A DNA stretch of 64,000 nt from Hausera hauseri (Eukaryota), in assembly GCA_046269625.1 (NCBI GenBank), contig JBJURY010111096.1, forward strand, positions 1 through 64,000, given 5' to 3'. How positions within the stretch are numbered: position 1 is the stretch's first letter; every line of letters begins with the position of its first letter. The translations under genes and the position numbers were made by a program. Shown here piece by piece: positions 1-9,397 of this stretch. The notes beneath the pieces are model-generated. The model had not been told where the DNA came from. It made no database searches and saw nothing but the letters and a program-made list of their open reading frames with translations.

Positions 1-130
1 CACCACCCGGATCTCCGCCTGAAGTGGGTGGTGCTGGAGGTTGAGGCTCTGCAGGGCTTGGGTTTCCCGGTTGCGCGGTGGCCCCGGCTTGAAACTGCCC
101 CGATGCTACAAATGGATCGTTATATACCAT
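1..130 (-). CDS. 5' part of a Pro-rich protein running off the left edge; possibly capsid scaffolding protein
   Basis: ATG at 130, frame open to the edge: MVYNDPFVASGQFQAGATAQPGNPSPAEPQPPAPPTSGGDPGG. Not in the ORF track. The scaffold call is positional inference only. Confidence 0.4.
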   Translation of the reverse strand, partial: MVYNDPFVASGQFQAGATAQPGNPSPAEPQPPAPPTSGGDPGG

Positions 131-143
131 AAATTAAGTGTTT

Positions 144-626
144 CTATGCGTTGGCAGCAGCAGCAATAGCGGCTGCAGTCTGCGCGGTGCGATATGTGTC
201 CATAATATCGGCTGTGGCATTTTGCACCATAACAACTGCATTGGAGCTGTTAAGTGTATGAACGCCTACCAACCAAATATCATCAACATTTACATTTCGC
301 GGAGTTTGCTGGCTTGCGGTATATCCGGTAGCCGGTGCGCCAGGATCGAGGGTAGTTAATGATACAGAATGTACGTCAGTTGTATTGGCTGCGTTCATTC
401 GTGAATTAACCGTTGCGATCGATTCTGAAACAATGATATTTGCAAGATACGTATTGTCGTAACCGGCATATTGGATTTGAGAGCCCAGCGCTGATGCGCC
501 ATTGGCTTGATTGTAAATAACACTTCCTGCCTTAACTACTCTTTTAGTATTAAGGTACAAAACAGAAGAAGGGTTGTATAGAATTTGATCCTTACGAACT
601 GCTGTGATCTGAAATAATTTTGCCAT
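144..626 (-). CDS. hypothetical protein, probably virion structural/decoration protein
   Basis: 160 aa, rich in A/T/N/V; two similar halves, each ending in an amphipathic helix (VSESIATVNSRMNAA / TAQTAAAIAAAANA); has its own promoter. Confidence 0.45.
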   Translation of the reverse strand: MAKLFQITAVRKDQILYNPSSVLYLNTKRVVKAGSVIYNQANGASALGSQIQYAGYDNTYLANIIVSESIATVNSRMNAANTTDVHSVSLTTLDPGAPATGYTASQQTPRNVNVDDIWLVGVHTLNSSNAVVMVQNATADIMDTYRTAQTAAAIAAAANA

Positions 627-647
627 GATGTTTGATTATTTATAAAC

Positions 648-655
648 CAAAGGTA
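648..655 (-). promoter_or_regulatory. Bacteroidota sigma-A -7 element TACCTTTG
   Basis: Matches TAnnTTTG, about 20 nt upstream of the ATG at 626. Confidence 0.6.
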
Positions 656-710
656 GTCCTTATATCAGACAACAAATATAAATAATCTAAAGTTATTCAC
701 CAAATTAATG

Positions 711-1601
711 TTAAAGCATGAAGTAATAACCCTGGCTGCCCGGGTACTCGTTCCTTGCACGGTGGGGCATATCTGCCCGTTTAGTCAGAGCGCTGTAATG
801 CGCAATCAACGATCTCCTTTTTAATAAAGGATCGAACGGTATGCTTCCGGTATGCGCCAACCGGCTGTGCCATATTAATACATCCCCCTTTTTAGGTAGG
901 AACTGCTTCTTTTCTAACCCCAATCGTCGGCACTCACTTTCCAGCGCCCGGCTTACCCAAGGCTCACTGAAATATACCCAATCGGATCCATTGCGCAAAT
1001 GTTGAGGAACGTATTTGATCACCTTCTCCATGCGTATGAAGTCCATGCGGTGCGATCCCGGATAGAACTCAAACGGACCACTATCGGGGTGAATGTCCTC
1101 TAATGCAATCCATACCCCGGCATACCAACTATTGATGAAGGAAGGGTTTAAATAATCGTCTTGATGCATTGCCCTGCGTGTACTCACCCAACCGGTAAGG
1201 TTCAGATGCAGCCCCATTTCATCGCCAATTAGTCGCTTTAAAATATCAGAAAGCATATCGTGACAGCAAATGTTTCGGATCTCGGGATGCTGCATATAAG
1301 GTGTTCCTGCGCTCCATCCAATGTCCGGCATGGGTTCGCGAAGCTTTATATAAGCATCTACTAAATCAGAGTTGATCAATCCCGGCACCACAACATATCC
1401 GTATTTTATCCAGTCATTTTCTAACCCGGTAAAGTCCGGCTGTGAGGAATTTATCTGGTCCAGCCTCGTTAAAAGAGTGGGATCTGCTGCTGGTTCAGAG
1501 ATATGTTTGAAGGTTATGTTGCATCCGCAAACCCCTTCAATGATAATTGTTTTGCAAGCTTCACATTGCTTTTGCGTGGCGTATATTGCTTGTTCTTCCA
1601 T
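711..1601 (-). CDS. phytanoyl-CoA dioxygenase (PhyH) family 2OG-Fe(II) oxygenase
   Basis: YGYVVVPGLI, HQD facial-triad motif, VWIALEDIHPDSGPFEFYPGSH, KKGDVLIWHSRLAHTG, distal RRS. Confidence 0.85.
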   Translation of the reverse strand: MEEQAIYATQKQCEACKTIIIEGVCGCNITFKHISEPAADPTLLTRLDQINSSQPDFTGLENDWIKYGYVVVPGLINSDLVDAYIKLREPMPDIGWSAGTPYMQHPEIRNICCHDMLSDILKRLIGDEMGLHLNLTGWVSTRRAMHQDDYLNPSFINSWYAGVWIALEDIHPDSGPFEFYPGSHRMDFIRMEKVIKYVPQHLRNGSDWVYFSEPWVSRALESECRRLGLEKKQFLPKKGDVLIWHSRLAHTGSIPFDPLLKRRSLIAHYSALTKRADMPHRARNEYPGSQGYYFML

Positions 1602-1603
1602 AA

Positions 1604-2212
1604 TTAGAGTGATATTGATCCTGGAAATGTTTTTTCTCTTTTTTTAAATAATACGGTCATTCCATTGCCCACCTTATCATCGATCTCTAAAAATTCGACA
1701 ATATCCAATTCACACGTTTCCGCAATGTATTCACAAAATTCCCGGAAATTGGCTACTCCCCAAATGTTCCAGTGATCATCGGCAATTGATTCATCAGTTT
1801 TTTGGATGTTACCTAAATGCCGGTTGATCAGCTCTGCCAGTGGTGTAGGCGTTTTATCTTTATCAAAAGTCAGATCCATACGTGGTACGGTGATAAAAAT
1901 AAACTTTTTAGCTACTCTTGTCCACTCTTTTAGCACCTGGATCGGTTGCCAATGGTGTTCCAGCATGTGAGAGCTGATTATGAAATCAAAGCTATCATCG
2001 GTGAAAGGCAGTTTAGCAGCGTCAGCCACTATATCGACCTTTGCGAACTTACCGCACATTTTCAATTCTTCCTCTTTATACACTGTCATTTCAGAAGTGT
2101 AGTCAACGTTTATTGTGTCTAGTCGGAATGAATTGTGTTCGGATGCTCCAATTTCGATACCTTTTAATTGTTTCAAGTAACGGTTTGCTAAGGGGCTTGT
2201 AGGGAATATCAT
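1604..2212 (-). CDS. class I SAM-dependent methyltransferase (Methyltransf_11-like)
   Basis: GIEIGA motif I; DIVADAAKLPFTDDSFDFIISSHMLEH; EWTRV. Confidence 0.85.
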   Translation of the reverse strand: MIFPTSPLANRYLKQLKGIEIGASEHNSFRLDTINVDYTSEMTVYKEEELKMCGKFAKVDIVADAAKLPFTDDSFDFIISSHMLEHHWQPIQVLKEWTRVAKKFIFITVPRMDLTFDKDKTPTPLAELINRHLGNIQKTDESIADDHWNIWGVANFREFCEYIAETCELDIVEFLEIDDKVGNGMTVLFKKREKTFPGSISL

Positions 2213-2549
2213 AGAGTTGGTGGTTGTTGAAGAATGATTTTAATAAGTTGGCGTGGCAATAACCGGCTTCATTGCAAAAACAAATATAGTCGGTTGCTGC
2301 CAAACAAAGTTTGAAATTTGTTTTTCCGATAAACTCTCGGATGCAAGGCATAGCGTACTTGCGATACAGCATGGCTGCTTGGCGTGGAGTAATATATTCA
2401 ACATCTTCCTTTATAATGTGAACATATCGCTCCGGGATAGATCCACCCGGGAGAAAGGGATTGTCAAGGGGGCTGCCCTTACCAACCCACAATCTCCCAT
2501 TAGGATCTAATTCAAATTGATAATCCTGCTTCTTAGAAAGGTAAATCAC
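2103..2549 (-). CDS. DUF4326-family protein
   Basis: VGKGSPLDNPF and CFC...CHA motifs typical of DUF4326. Confidence 0.6.
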   Translation of the reverse strand: MIYLSKKQDYQFELDPNGRLWVGKGSPLDNPFLPGGSIPERYVHIIKEDVEYITPRQAAMLYRKYAMPCIREFIGKTNFKLCLAATDYICFCNEAGYCHANLLKSFFNNHQLYDIPYKPLSKPLLETIKRYRNWSIRTQFIPTRHNKR

Positions 2550-2904
2550 CGGTAGGGGGTGCTGTTAGCGGGGCAGATAAGGGGTCCAATGCAGGGGCTG
2601 CTGCATCTTCGCCGCCCGGAGGAAGGTTCTCGTTAGTTTGGCGAACGAAATCATTCACCTTCGCATTACCATACCAGTACTGCGCTCCAGTTTTAGCGGT
2701 AGCTCCCCATAAGCTTACACGAAGCTCTACCATCCCATCCTCGGTAGGATTTTTTTGTAGTTCCTCCATTAATGATTTGGGATCAATGACAAGCTTTCCC
2801 CATAGGGTAGGCTTCTTGTCACCGGGCTGGCGACCATTGTTGATGAATACGCTAAGATCTCCGTTCTTGCGCTGACGGTTTGAGTTTGATTGTTCTTCTG
2901 ACAT
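2533..2904 (-). CDS. putative single-stranded DNA-binding protein
   Basis: SVFINN..GDKKPTLWG..VSLW core, flexible linker and SSB-type acidic C-terminal DLPF. Confidence 0.55.
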   Translation of the reverse strand: MSEEQSNSNRQRKNGDLSVFINNGRQPGDKKPTLWGKLVIDPKSLMEELQKNPTEDGMVELRVSLWGATAKTGAQYWYGNAKVNDFVRQTNENLPPGGEDAAAPALDPLSAPLTAPPTGDLPF

Positions 2905-2908
2905 AAGT

Positions 2909-3916
2909 TTAAGTTGTTAAGAGTTGATGAAATAAGTTGTAACGAATAAGATTGTAATATGATAAGTTTTGGCGCTGCTGAATATATTCGCGAGCTGCAT
3001 TTACTAACGTGCAATGTAAATTATGACTAAGATAAATAGCGTCTTGCACTGCTCTGTTAAAATCCATGATATTTTCATAGATGATCGTGCCGGGCTTTTT
3101 CCACTCCGGCCACGCAGGGCATACACAAACTGCACCAGCCATTGTTGCCTCTAAGTACAAAATATTACTCTTGCAACGATTGAAGGGCGTATCTTCAAGC
3201 ATACATACCCACACCTTCCATTGAGGTGTACTGATTTTTAAGAAATAATCAATTAAATTCGATCCCGGTATGTGTCGTGCATTGGCAATACGTGAGGTCC
3301 AGTACCAGGGATTGTAGCCAAAAAAATCAAACATAACATCCGGATTGTCGAGCATAACGGTATCGTAGTAACCACGAAATATATCCAAGTCAGCTACGTG
3401 CGTTTCCGATCCTCTCCATAACACTCTTTTGCAATCGCTAACATAATTCTTCGCTTCAAGCTGACGAGCTTCCAAACAATTCGGAATGGTAAAAATCTGA
3501 TGATCTAAAATGTTCCATTTCTCCTTCATCTGATCTTGCAGCGCTTTTGTGGAAACGGTAATAGTAATGTTAGGCAAAGTCATGATGCCTTCAATAGCAT
3601 CTTTAATATGGGGCGAATTATACATGGCATACACCGGACTGGAAGGGTGAATATCCCAAAGCATATCATCGTAATCTACCCATACCTTTAATCCAAAAAA
3701 CTGCGCTTGCCGGGCTATCTTCAACTGCTCCAAAGAGCAGGGGCGCTGTAAAAATAAAATGTCAAAATTCATCAATATATCCCAACTCACATCGGATAGA
3801 CCGAACTCTTGAAATTGGAAATCTGCATACTTTTGTTGCATCCGGATTAGCGGAAGAGAGCTGCGATACCATGCTGTACCATCGCTCGGGTTGGGGCTGA
3901 TTACTGCTACTTTCAT
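2909..3916 (-). CDS. glycosyltransferase, GT-B fold
   Basis: GTAWYR, FLQRP, VDYDD, TVSTKAL, IPNCL, WRGSETH, FNRCKSNILYLEA motifs typical of phage GT-B enzymes. Confidence 0.8.
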   Translation of the reverse strand: MKVAVISPNPSDGTAWYRSSLPLIRMQQKYADFQFQEFGLSDVSWDILMNFDILFLQRPCSLEQLKIARQAQFFGLKVWVDYDDMLWDIHPSSPVYAMYNSPHIKDAIEGIMTLPNITITVSTKALQDQMKEKWNILDHQIFTIPNCLEARQLEAKNYVSDCKRVLWRGSETHVADLDIFRGYYDTVMLDNPDVMFDFFGYNPWYWTSRIANARHIPGSNLIDYFLKISTPQWKVWVCMLEDTPFNRCKSNILYLEATMAGAVCVCPAWPEWKKPGTIIYENIMDFNRAVQDAIYLSHNLHCTLVNAAREYIQQRQNLSYYNLIRYNLFHQLLTT

Positions 3917-4197
3917 ATATTATCTCTAAGTTTGATTCTGTACTTTTCGGGATTGAAATTACGCATACGACCATCTTCATCTTCTAAAGTAAAATCTCCC
4001 GAATCCGGATTATAGGTAAATGATTTTAGCTTCTCAAATTGAGGCTCTTTAGCGCCATGCGTTCTAAGGGATCCACTTGTTTCCATGTAATCTTCAAATC
4101 CCTTTTTTCCGACAAACCACTGCTCCATTTTAGGAGAGTAAAAGGCTACCTTGTCTATAAGGTTCTCGTCACCTTTTAATTTTTGCATCCAGCTCAT
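3913..4197 (-). CDS. hypothetical protein
   Basis: Tightly packed ORF in the operon, ATGA overlap with the next gene. Confidence 0.55.
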   Translation of the reverse strand: MSWMQKLKGDENLIDKVAFYSPKMEQWFVGKKGFEDYMETSGSLRTHGAKEPQFEKLKSFTYNPDSGDFTLEDEDGRMRNFNPEKYRIKLRDNI

Positions 4198-4198
4198 T

Positions 4199-4384
4199 CT
4201 ATTTTAATTTTAGTTCATGTTCTGCGTACCATACGCCATTTACTTCATACCAATAAGCACCATTATTCGACTGCCTAATGCTGGTAATTATACCGCTTCC
4301 TCCGCTAACTATATCAACTTCCCATTGCTTTCTGTACTTGGGTATTGCGAATTTTATCTGATTCTTTCCAGTCATCGTCACCAT
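4199..4384 (-). CDS. small hypothetical protein (SH3/YorP-like beta fold)
   Basis: PKY...V...GIITSI...YWYEV...WYAEHEL pattern. Confidence 0.45.
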   Translation of the reverse strand: MVTMTGKNQIKFAIPKYRKQWEVDIVSGGSGIITSIRQSNNGAYWYEVNGVWYAEHELKLK

Positions 4385-4685
4385 TATTTATTTTGAAATA
4401 ATACTCCCTTGTGTACTCATGCTCGTAGCGATTGATCAGCCTTCTGCAAAGAAACTCTGTTAGCGGCTTACCTCGACCTGCCTGGAAATAGTTTACCATC
4501 TTCTGAATGTCGATCTCTCGCTCTCTCGCTTTACGCTTTGCGTTAAGCAATAACGTTATCTCGTTCAAACATTCTTTCTCCAGGTCAGTTAGATTAAAGA
4601 TGAATCGCACACCAATCTGCGCACGTTCTCTATCATCCATCTTCTCCAACCTTTTGTCGGTTATGTCTATCGGGCGTGGTAGCAT
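4314..4685 (-). CDS. hypothetical protein
   Basis: 123-aa ORF abutting its neighbours. Confidence 0.5.
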   Translation of the reverse strand: MLPRPIDITDKRLEKMDDRERAQIGVRFIFNLTDLEKECLNEITLLLNAKRKAREREIDIQKMVNYFQAGRGKPLTEFLCRRLINRYEHEYTREYYFKINNGDDDWKESDKIRNTQVQKAMGS

Positions 4686-5129
4686 TTATCCTAATAGTGT
4701 TGTTAATCTCAATAAATATTTGAAGTAGTTTTGCTTAAATGTTTCAAGATCCTTAATAATCCAATACTCGCCACCGGCAGCTTCTAACTCTTCTTGTCGC
4801 TTCTTCTGATATTCGCTCTGCACATCCTTTCCGATCTTTATCTCCACCCCAATTTTAAAACCATAATTCTTTCCCTTCAAACACACCATCATAGTTACAT
4901 CCACATCCTCGTAACCTCTCCTGGTCATTGACGTTCTCCATTTACCAATAGATTCATCATAAATACCAGTTGTGTTCACCCTTCTTGCAGTACCTCCGCA
5001 AATTTTAACGTACTTAATTACTTGATCCGTTAAAACGCTTGCCGGGGATGGCTTCTTGGATTTCTTCTTGGCTTTTTCTCTGACCGGCCTTAATTCAGAA
5101 CTCGGTCCAATACCTTCGCGATAAATCAT
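4686..5129 (-). CDS. VRR-NUC / PD-(D/E)xK nuclease (Holliday junction resolvase-like)
   Basis: RVNTTG, GYEDV, GVEIKIGKDVQSEYQ, AAGGEYWII. Confidence 0.8.
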   Translation of the reverse strand: MIYREGIGPSSELRPVREKAKKKSKKPSPASVLTDQVIKYVKICGGTARRVNTTGIYDESIGKWRTSMTRRGYEDVDVTMMVCLKGKNYGFKIGVEIKIGKDVQSEYQKKRQEELEAAGGEYWIIKDLETFKQNYFKYLLRLTTLLG

Positions 5130-5359
5130 AGCTTTTCGTCTAATCCTTTAGCAATAATAGCGGTTTTCCCATGATAAAGAATATCACGGATGGCCTGGTT
5201 GCGGGTAACTTTTCTGTTCTCGGCATACTTGTCGATAAACTCCATCAAATCATAATTCTCCCCAACAGACAGGCTAAGAGAAGTTGTCACCCGGCCATTT
5301 ACATCGGCAGTAGTTACTAATCTCGGTTTTTTCTTTTTAATAAATGTATCGGTGGCCAT
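5126..5359 (-). CDS. ribbon-helix-helix transcription regulator
   Basis: TTSLSL strand, then EFIDKYAE..VTRNQAIRDIL; first gene behind a divergent promoter. Confidence 0.6.
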   Translation of the reverse strand: MATDTFIKKKKPRLVTTADVNGRVTTSLSLSVGENYDLMEFIDKYAENRKVTRNQAIRDILYHGKTAIIAKGLDEKL

Positions 5360-5376
5360 ATTTTCTGATTATGTTG

Positions 5377-5455
5377 CAAATATACACAAAAAATTATAAA
5401 TATGCGTTTTGTTAATAACTTTTACATTTTCTAATTGCCCTTCCCTTTATATTTG
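5377..5455. promoter_or_regulatory. divergent promoter pair (TATATTTG minus 5377-5384; TATATTTG plus 5448-5455)
   Basis: Two perfect TAnnTTTG elements facing the RHH operon and the primase gene. Confidence 0.7.
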
Positions 5456-5499
5456 CCCTAAGATTTTTTTCTAACTTTCACCAACCATACTACTATAAT

Positions 5500-7968
5500 A
5501 TGTCAACGGAATTGTTCCCTCGAATCGCTATCTCTCGTTTTGAACCTCGACTTGGAAAAAAGGGTAAGTATGTACCCGGTACGAAACCCGAAGATGATGA
5601 TTTATACACAGAGCTTTTTAAGTTTAAGGAGGGTGCATACGCATCGACCATCGAAGAACTCCGCACCATTAAAAATAAGAAGGAACGTGACGAATATAAG
5701 GCGCAGAACCTCCCTTCCTTCACCTTTTCAGCAACGGTAAGGGATTATCGCGAAACCAACAATATCATTGCGCACACCGGCATACTGGTTATTGATATTG
5801 ATGATGTGGGGATCACTCCCTATTTAAAAGAGCGCAGAGCTGCAGTAGGTGCTTACAGCATCGCTGATTTCCGGGATGAAGTATGTCGTGTTGACGATCA
5901 AGGAAAGACGCATATACTATATGGAGGGCTGAGTGCTTCCGGAGCCGGGTTGTTTTTGATGTTCCTCATTGATCCAAGTAAACACCTGGAATGTTTTGAA
6001 TCGTTAGCGTGGGAGTTTGACAAGTACTACAACATTAAAATTGATATTGCATGCAAAGATGTTCTCCGGCTGCGCTTCTGTACGTTTGATCCCTTTTCCA
6101 TAATCCGGCCATTGGAGGAAGTAATACGCTACGAGCCATCGGATGAATACTTGGCGTGGCAAGAAATGCAGGAGCGCAGGAAAGAAGAGATCCGCAACAG
6201 CCCTACTGCTTTTAGATCCCATGCCGAAGGCGCTGCCAAAGTTGTCGATATAGCAGTACACATGATCGATAACGCCATTGAAGGGTATCGCCATACGCAA
6301 ACTCGGAACGCTGCCCGACTGCTCGGAGGGTATGTAGCCAGTGGCGTGATCGAACTGGAGTATGCTCGCATGGCCCTGCGTACTGCAGCAGAATCGAAAG
6401 GTGGCTGGGATGATCCGCTGGAGGATGCGTATCGAGCGATTGACTGGGGATTGGAGAAAGGGATGCAGTCGCCCATTGAGTTTAACGTGATGAATCCGGA
6501 TGATCCCAATTTTACGCTCTTTGCCCGGGCAGACCAGGAGCGACAAGATGAAATCAAGGAGCTCTATGCCGAAATCCACAAGCTGAATCGTTCGGGAACA
6601 CCTATCAATGCAATCGCCATACACACGTTTTGCAGCCAATACAACGTAGATCCGGATCGGCTGGAGGCTATGATCAAAAAGATCTACCGGGATAATACTG
6701 ACGAGCATAATATTGACAAAGCGCCCACGATCATCAAGCACGAAGTGTATATGAGTAAGCGGTGGGAATTTACCAAAAACGATATTACCCAAGATTTTTA
6801 CTGTCGCCTCAAAGCCAGCGGCAACAAATGGATCAAAACCACTCCCGAAGATACCTACCTCATGGTATCAAAAACCGGATTTAACGCCTCTTTTATCGAG
6901 ATCCAACGACTTTTCGCCTCCACCAATTTTATACGTCACTTCAACCCAATTCACGAATACTTCAAAGCCAACGAAAAGAATTATGATGGTCAAACCGACT
7001 ACATAGCCCAGTTAGCTTCTTACTTTAAGATCGAAGATAGCACCATGCTTTACTTCACCGAAATGTTACGGAAAATGCTCGTGCGAACGGTTAAGTGCGC
7101 TATGGATGGACACTACGTTAACCGGTACTTGTTCGTGCTGGCCTCGGAGAAGCAGAACACCGGTAAGTCGTGGTTTTTGCGCTGGCTCAGTCCTTGGGGG
7201 ATGGATCAGTACTATGCCGAAACACCGATGGAAGAACACAAGGACAGCCGAATACGTATGTGCGAAGTGCTGATTTACAACCTTGAAGAGTTATCCACGC
7301 TGACCAAGATGGATGTGAATAGGCTAAAGGCCATTATCTCGCAGGGCAATATCAAAGAGCGCAGACCATACTCCCGGACCAGCGAAACCATGAACCGGCT
7401 CTGCAGCTTTTGGGGCTCCACCAACAGAACTCATTTCTTAACCGATGATCAGAACACCCGCTGGCTCATTTTCAACGTTTCCACAATCGATTGGTCATAT
7501 CGCACCGCCATCAATGTGCATAACATTTGGGCGCAAGCTATGTTCTTATACAAATCCGGCTTCAACTGCGAGCTTAACGCCTCGGAAGCAGCCATGCGCG
7601 ATAACCGGAACCTGGACTACAACGAGGAAACGTATGAAGATACCCTTTTAAATCTCTACTTCGCACCAATTGGCCCCGGACAGCCCGGAGCAATCCGCAT
7701 GACCTCCTCGGCAATAGCTACAAAGCTTCAAGAATTGTCGGGAAACAACAAGCTGAACATTACTGCGATAGCTATGGGCCGGATCCTGCGCAAACACTCC
7801 TACGTTTTTGGCCGACATGGAAGAATACGCTATGTGTACGTAAAGCCGATCAACCAAAATCCACTGGCTTGCCAAGACATTTCGCTCATGCACAAAAATT
7901 CCGATCTGCTGACCGAAGAAATGCCATCCCACGAACAACCCAATGATAACTCCGATATACCATTTTAA
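5500..7968 (+). CDS. primase-helicase: BT4734/VirE-N AEP-type N-terminal domain plus VirE/VapE P-loop ATPase
   Basis: K..LPSFTFS, HTGILVIDID, SASGAGL, DIACKDVLRLRF; Walker A QNTGKS, NLEEL, RRPY, SFWGSTN, TRWL; C-terminal DIPF. Confidence 0.85.
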   Translation: MSTELFPRIAISRFEPRLGKKGKYVPGTKPEDDDLYTELFKFKEGAYASTIEELRTIKNKKERDEYKAQNLPSFTFSATVRDYRETNNIIAHTGILVIDIDDVGITPYLKERRAAVGAYSIADFRDEVCRVDDQGKTHILYGGLSASGAGLFLMFLIDPSKHLECFESLAWEFDKYYNIKIDIACKDVLRLRFCTFDPFSIIRPLEEVIRYEPSDEYLAWQEMQERRKEEIRNSPTAFRSHAEGAAKVVDIAVHMIDNAIEGYRHTQTRNAARLLGGYVASGVIELEYARMALRTAAESKGGWDDPLEDAYRAIDWGLEKGMQSPIEFNVMNPDDPNFTLFARADQERQDEIKELYAEIHKLNRSGTPINAIAIHTFCSQYNVDPDRLEAMIKKIYRDNTDEHNIDKAPTIIKHEVYMSKRWEFTKNDITQDFYCRLKASGNKWIKTTPEDTYLMVSKTGFNASFIEIQRLFASTNFIRHFNPIHEYFKANEKNYDGQTDYIAQLASYFKIEDSTMLYFTEMLRKMLVRTVKCAMDGHYVNRYLFVLASEKQNTGKSWFLRWLSPWGMDQYYAETPMEEHKDSRIRMCEVLIYNLEELSTLTKMDVNRLKAIISQGNIKERRPYSRTSETMNRLCSFWGSTNRTHFLTDDQNTRWLIFNVSTIDWSYRTAINVHNIWAQAMFLYKSGFNCELNASEAAMRDNRNLDYNEETYEDTLLNLYFAPIGPGQPGAIRMTSSAIATKLQELSGNNKLNITAIAMGRILRKHSYVFGRHGRIRYVYVKPINQNPLACQDISLMHKNSDLLTEEMPSHEQPNDNSDIPF

Positions 7969-8681
7969 TGCAAAACTGGATCATATACCTTAGACGAAGC
8001 AAAAAAGAAAAGCTCGATGCACAGCTTTCCCTTTCTGCTCAAATGCATGCTGCCAAAATGCACATCGCCTCTGCCGGGGGCAAGGTGAAAGCCATCTACG
8101 TAGAGCTGGAATCAGCTACCGCCAAGGGCCGAAAGAAAAGAGTGGTCATCCTGGAGGCCATCGCCAAAACAAAAGAGCTCGGAGCGAAACTGCTTATCGC
8201 CAAGATCGACCGGTTAAGTCGCGATACCGAATTTACCTCTAACCTCTACAATACCGGTGTTCCCTTCGTATGCTGCGACAACCCCGGTGCCAATGAGCTC
8301 ACCATAAAAATCCTTTCTTCCGTAGCCGAAGATGAAGCAAAGCGAATATCCAAGCGTACAACCGATGCGCTTGCTCAACGCAAAGCCTCCGGACTACCAA
8401 TGGGGTGCAACGCACATAAAAAACCCGGATCTAAATTTTCCAAAGCCACGCAGAAGGCCGGTGGTGCTGCCATGCGTAATAAGGCCCTGCAGAACGAGAA
8501 TAACCGCAAGGGCAAGGCATACGCCCAATCACTCTACCGGCAAGGTCTATCCGTTTATAAAGTGGCTGATATGCTCAACGAGAGTGGCTACACATCCTCA
8601 CAAGGAAAAAAAGTGCTTCCTCAAACTATAAGCCGGTGGGTAAATAAAAAAGCCCCCAAGCAGGTGGAGGCTTTTTTATAA
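7968..8681 (+). CDS. serine recombinase (resolvase/invertase family)
   Basis: IYLRRS catalytic motif, SLSAQ, ESAT, AKIDRLSR, VAEDEAKRISKRT, C-terminal DNA-binding region; TAATG-coupled to the primase. Confidence 0.9.
   Translation: MQNWIIYLRRSKKEKLDAQLSLSAQMHAAKMHIASAGGKVKAIYVELESATAKGRKKRVVILEAIAKTKELGAKLLIAKIDRLSRDTEFTSNLYNTGVPFVCCDNPGANELTIKILSSVAEDEAKRISKRTTDALAQRKASGLPMGCNAHKKPGSKFSKATQKAGGAAMRNKALQNENNRKGKAYAQSLYRQGLSVYKVADMLNESGYTSSQGKKVLPQTISRWVNKKAPKQVEAFL
8646..8677. terminator. probable bidirectional intrinsic terminator
   Basis: AAAAAA-GCCCCCA-agcagg-TGGAGGC-TTTTTT between convergent genes. Confidence 0.65.
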
Positions 8682-8697
8682 AATTTTATTGATGCAG

Positions 8698-8982
8698 TCA
8701 ACATCGAAGGTTATACCGGCTAATCGGGTGACCATTCAAGGTTTTTGTTGAAATCTCCATATCGGATGCCGGTCGATTATAACTTAGGCACCTAATTTCT
8801 TCAAACGCACAACTATTATAGTTTAGCGCTTGTAGTACGATTGGAGTTGCGACTGGCTGCTCGCCCACTACAAGGCAAGTGCCTACATCATTATCTACCG
8901 CCTTTGCTGATCCGTAATCAACAGTGAGGAAGCTTGCTGTCAGCAGTAACATTCCCAGCAAACCCATGATTAGATTTCTCAT
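8698..8982 (-). CDS. small exported protein (probable start MRNLIMG at 8982)
   Basis: N-terminal hydrophobic signal-like segment; TACTATTG promoter-like element at 8987-8994. Confidence 0.5.
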   Translation of the reverse strand: MRNLIMGLLGMLLLTASFLTVDYGSAKAVDNDVGTCLVVGEQPVATPIVLQALNYNSCAFEEIRCLSYNRPASDMEISTKTLNGHPISRYNLRC

Positions 8983-9009
8983 ACAGCAATAGTAAATACA
9001 AATTTTCAA

Positions 9010-9306
9010 TTATCCAACTAAATCCCTCAATCTTTTGCTAATTGAGTAGAGCTTGACGCTAATTTCTGATGCTCTTTGCTTTTCATTTTCAAGCATAGCT
9101 ACCAAACAATTTTCAACTTGCTCCTTTCTTTCTTGTGCCTCATTTTCAGTCCTCGGGCCAGTAATCTTGTCCAAATATTCGTCAATTTGTCTAATGATCT
9201 CACGCTGCTCTGTGTGAGCATTGCGAATAGTGTCCATTTGTTCTACTAAGATCGGCCTGCGTTCTACTGCTAGGCCGCCATCGGGAAGGGGGTTTTTTAA
9301 GTCCAT
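9010..9306 (-). CDS. coiled-coil hypothetical protein
   Basis: 98 aa, two helical segments; preceded by a structured leader and promoter. Confidence 0.6.
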   Translation of the reverse strand: MDLKNPLPDGGLAVERRPILVEQMDTIRNAHTEQREIIRQIDEYLDKITGPRTENEAQERKEQVENCLVAMLENEKQRASEISVKLYSISKRLRDLVG

Positions 9307-9312
9307 TTTAAT

Positions 9313-9397
9313 TACAAGGCCCCCAACACGTAGCAGAGTGAAGGAGGCCCATTGTAGGTGAATCAGCCACCATGATCGCTGCTACCCAATCATGATG
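9313..9397 (-). ncRNA. two-hairpin kissing-loop leader RNA
   Basis: Minus strand: CATCATGATTG[GGTAGCAG]CGATCATGGTG, then a long hairpin with loop TCTGCTAC. The loops are complementary over 7 nt. TATATTTG promoter at 9403-9410. Confidence 0.6.

Noticed and set aside
6004-6792. Long antisense ORFs (6004-6792, 33932-34489, 37023-37550, 53261-53665 and others)
   Set aside because: They are shadows of well-supported genes on the opposite strand, without motifs or expression signals.
7968-8681. Prophage integrase with host junction
   Set aside because: The protein is resolvase-sized, and no bacterial housekeeping genes or att duplication are visible in the window.
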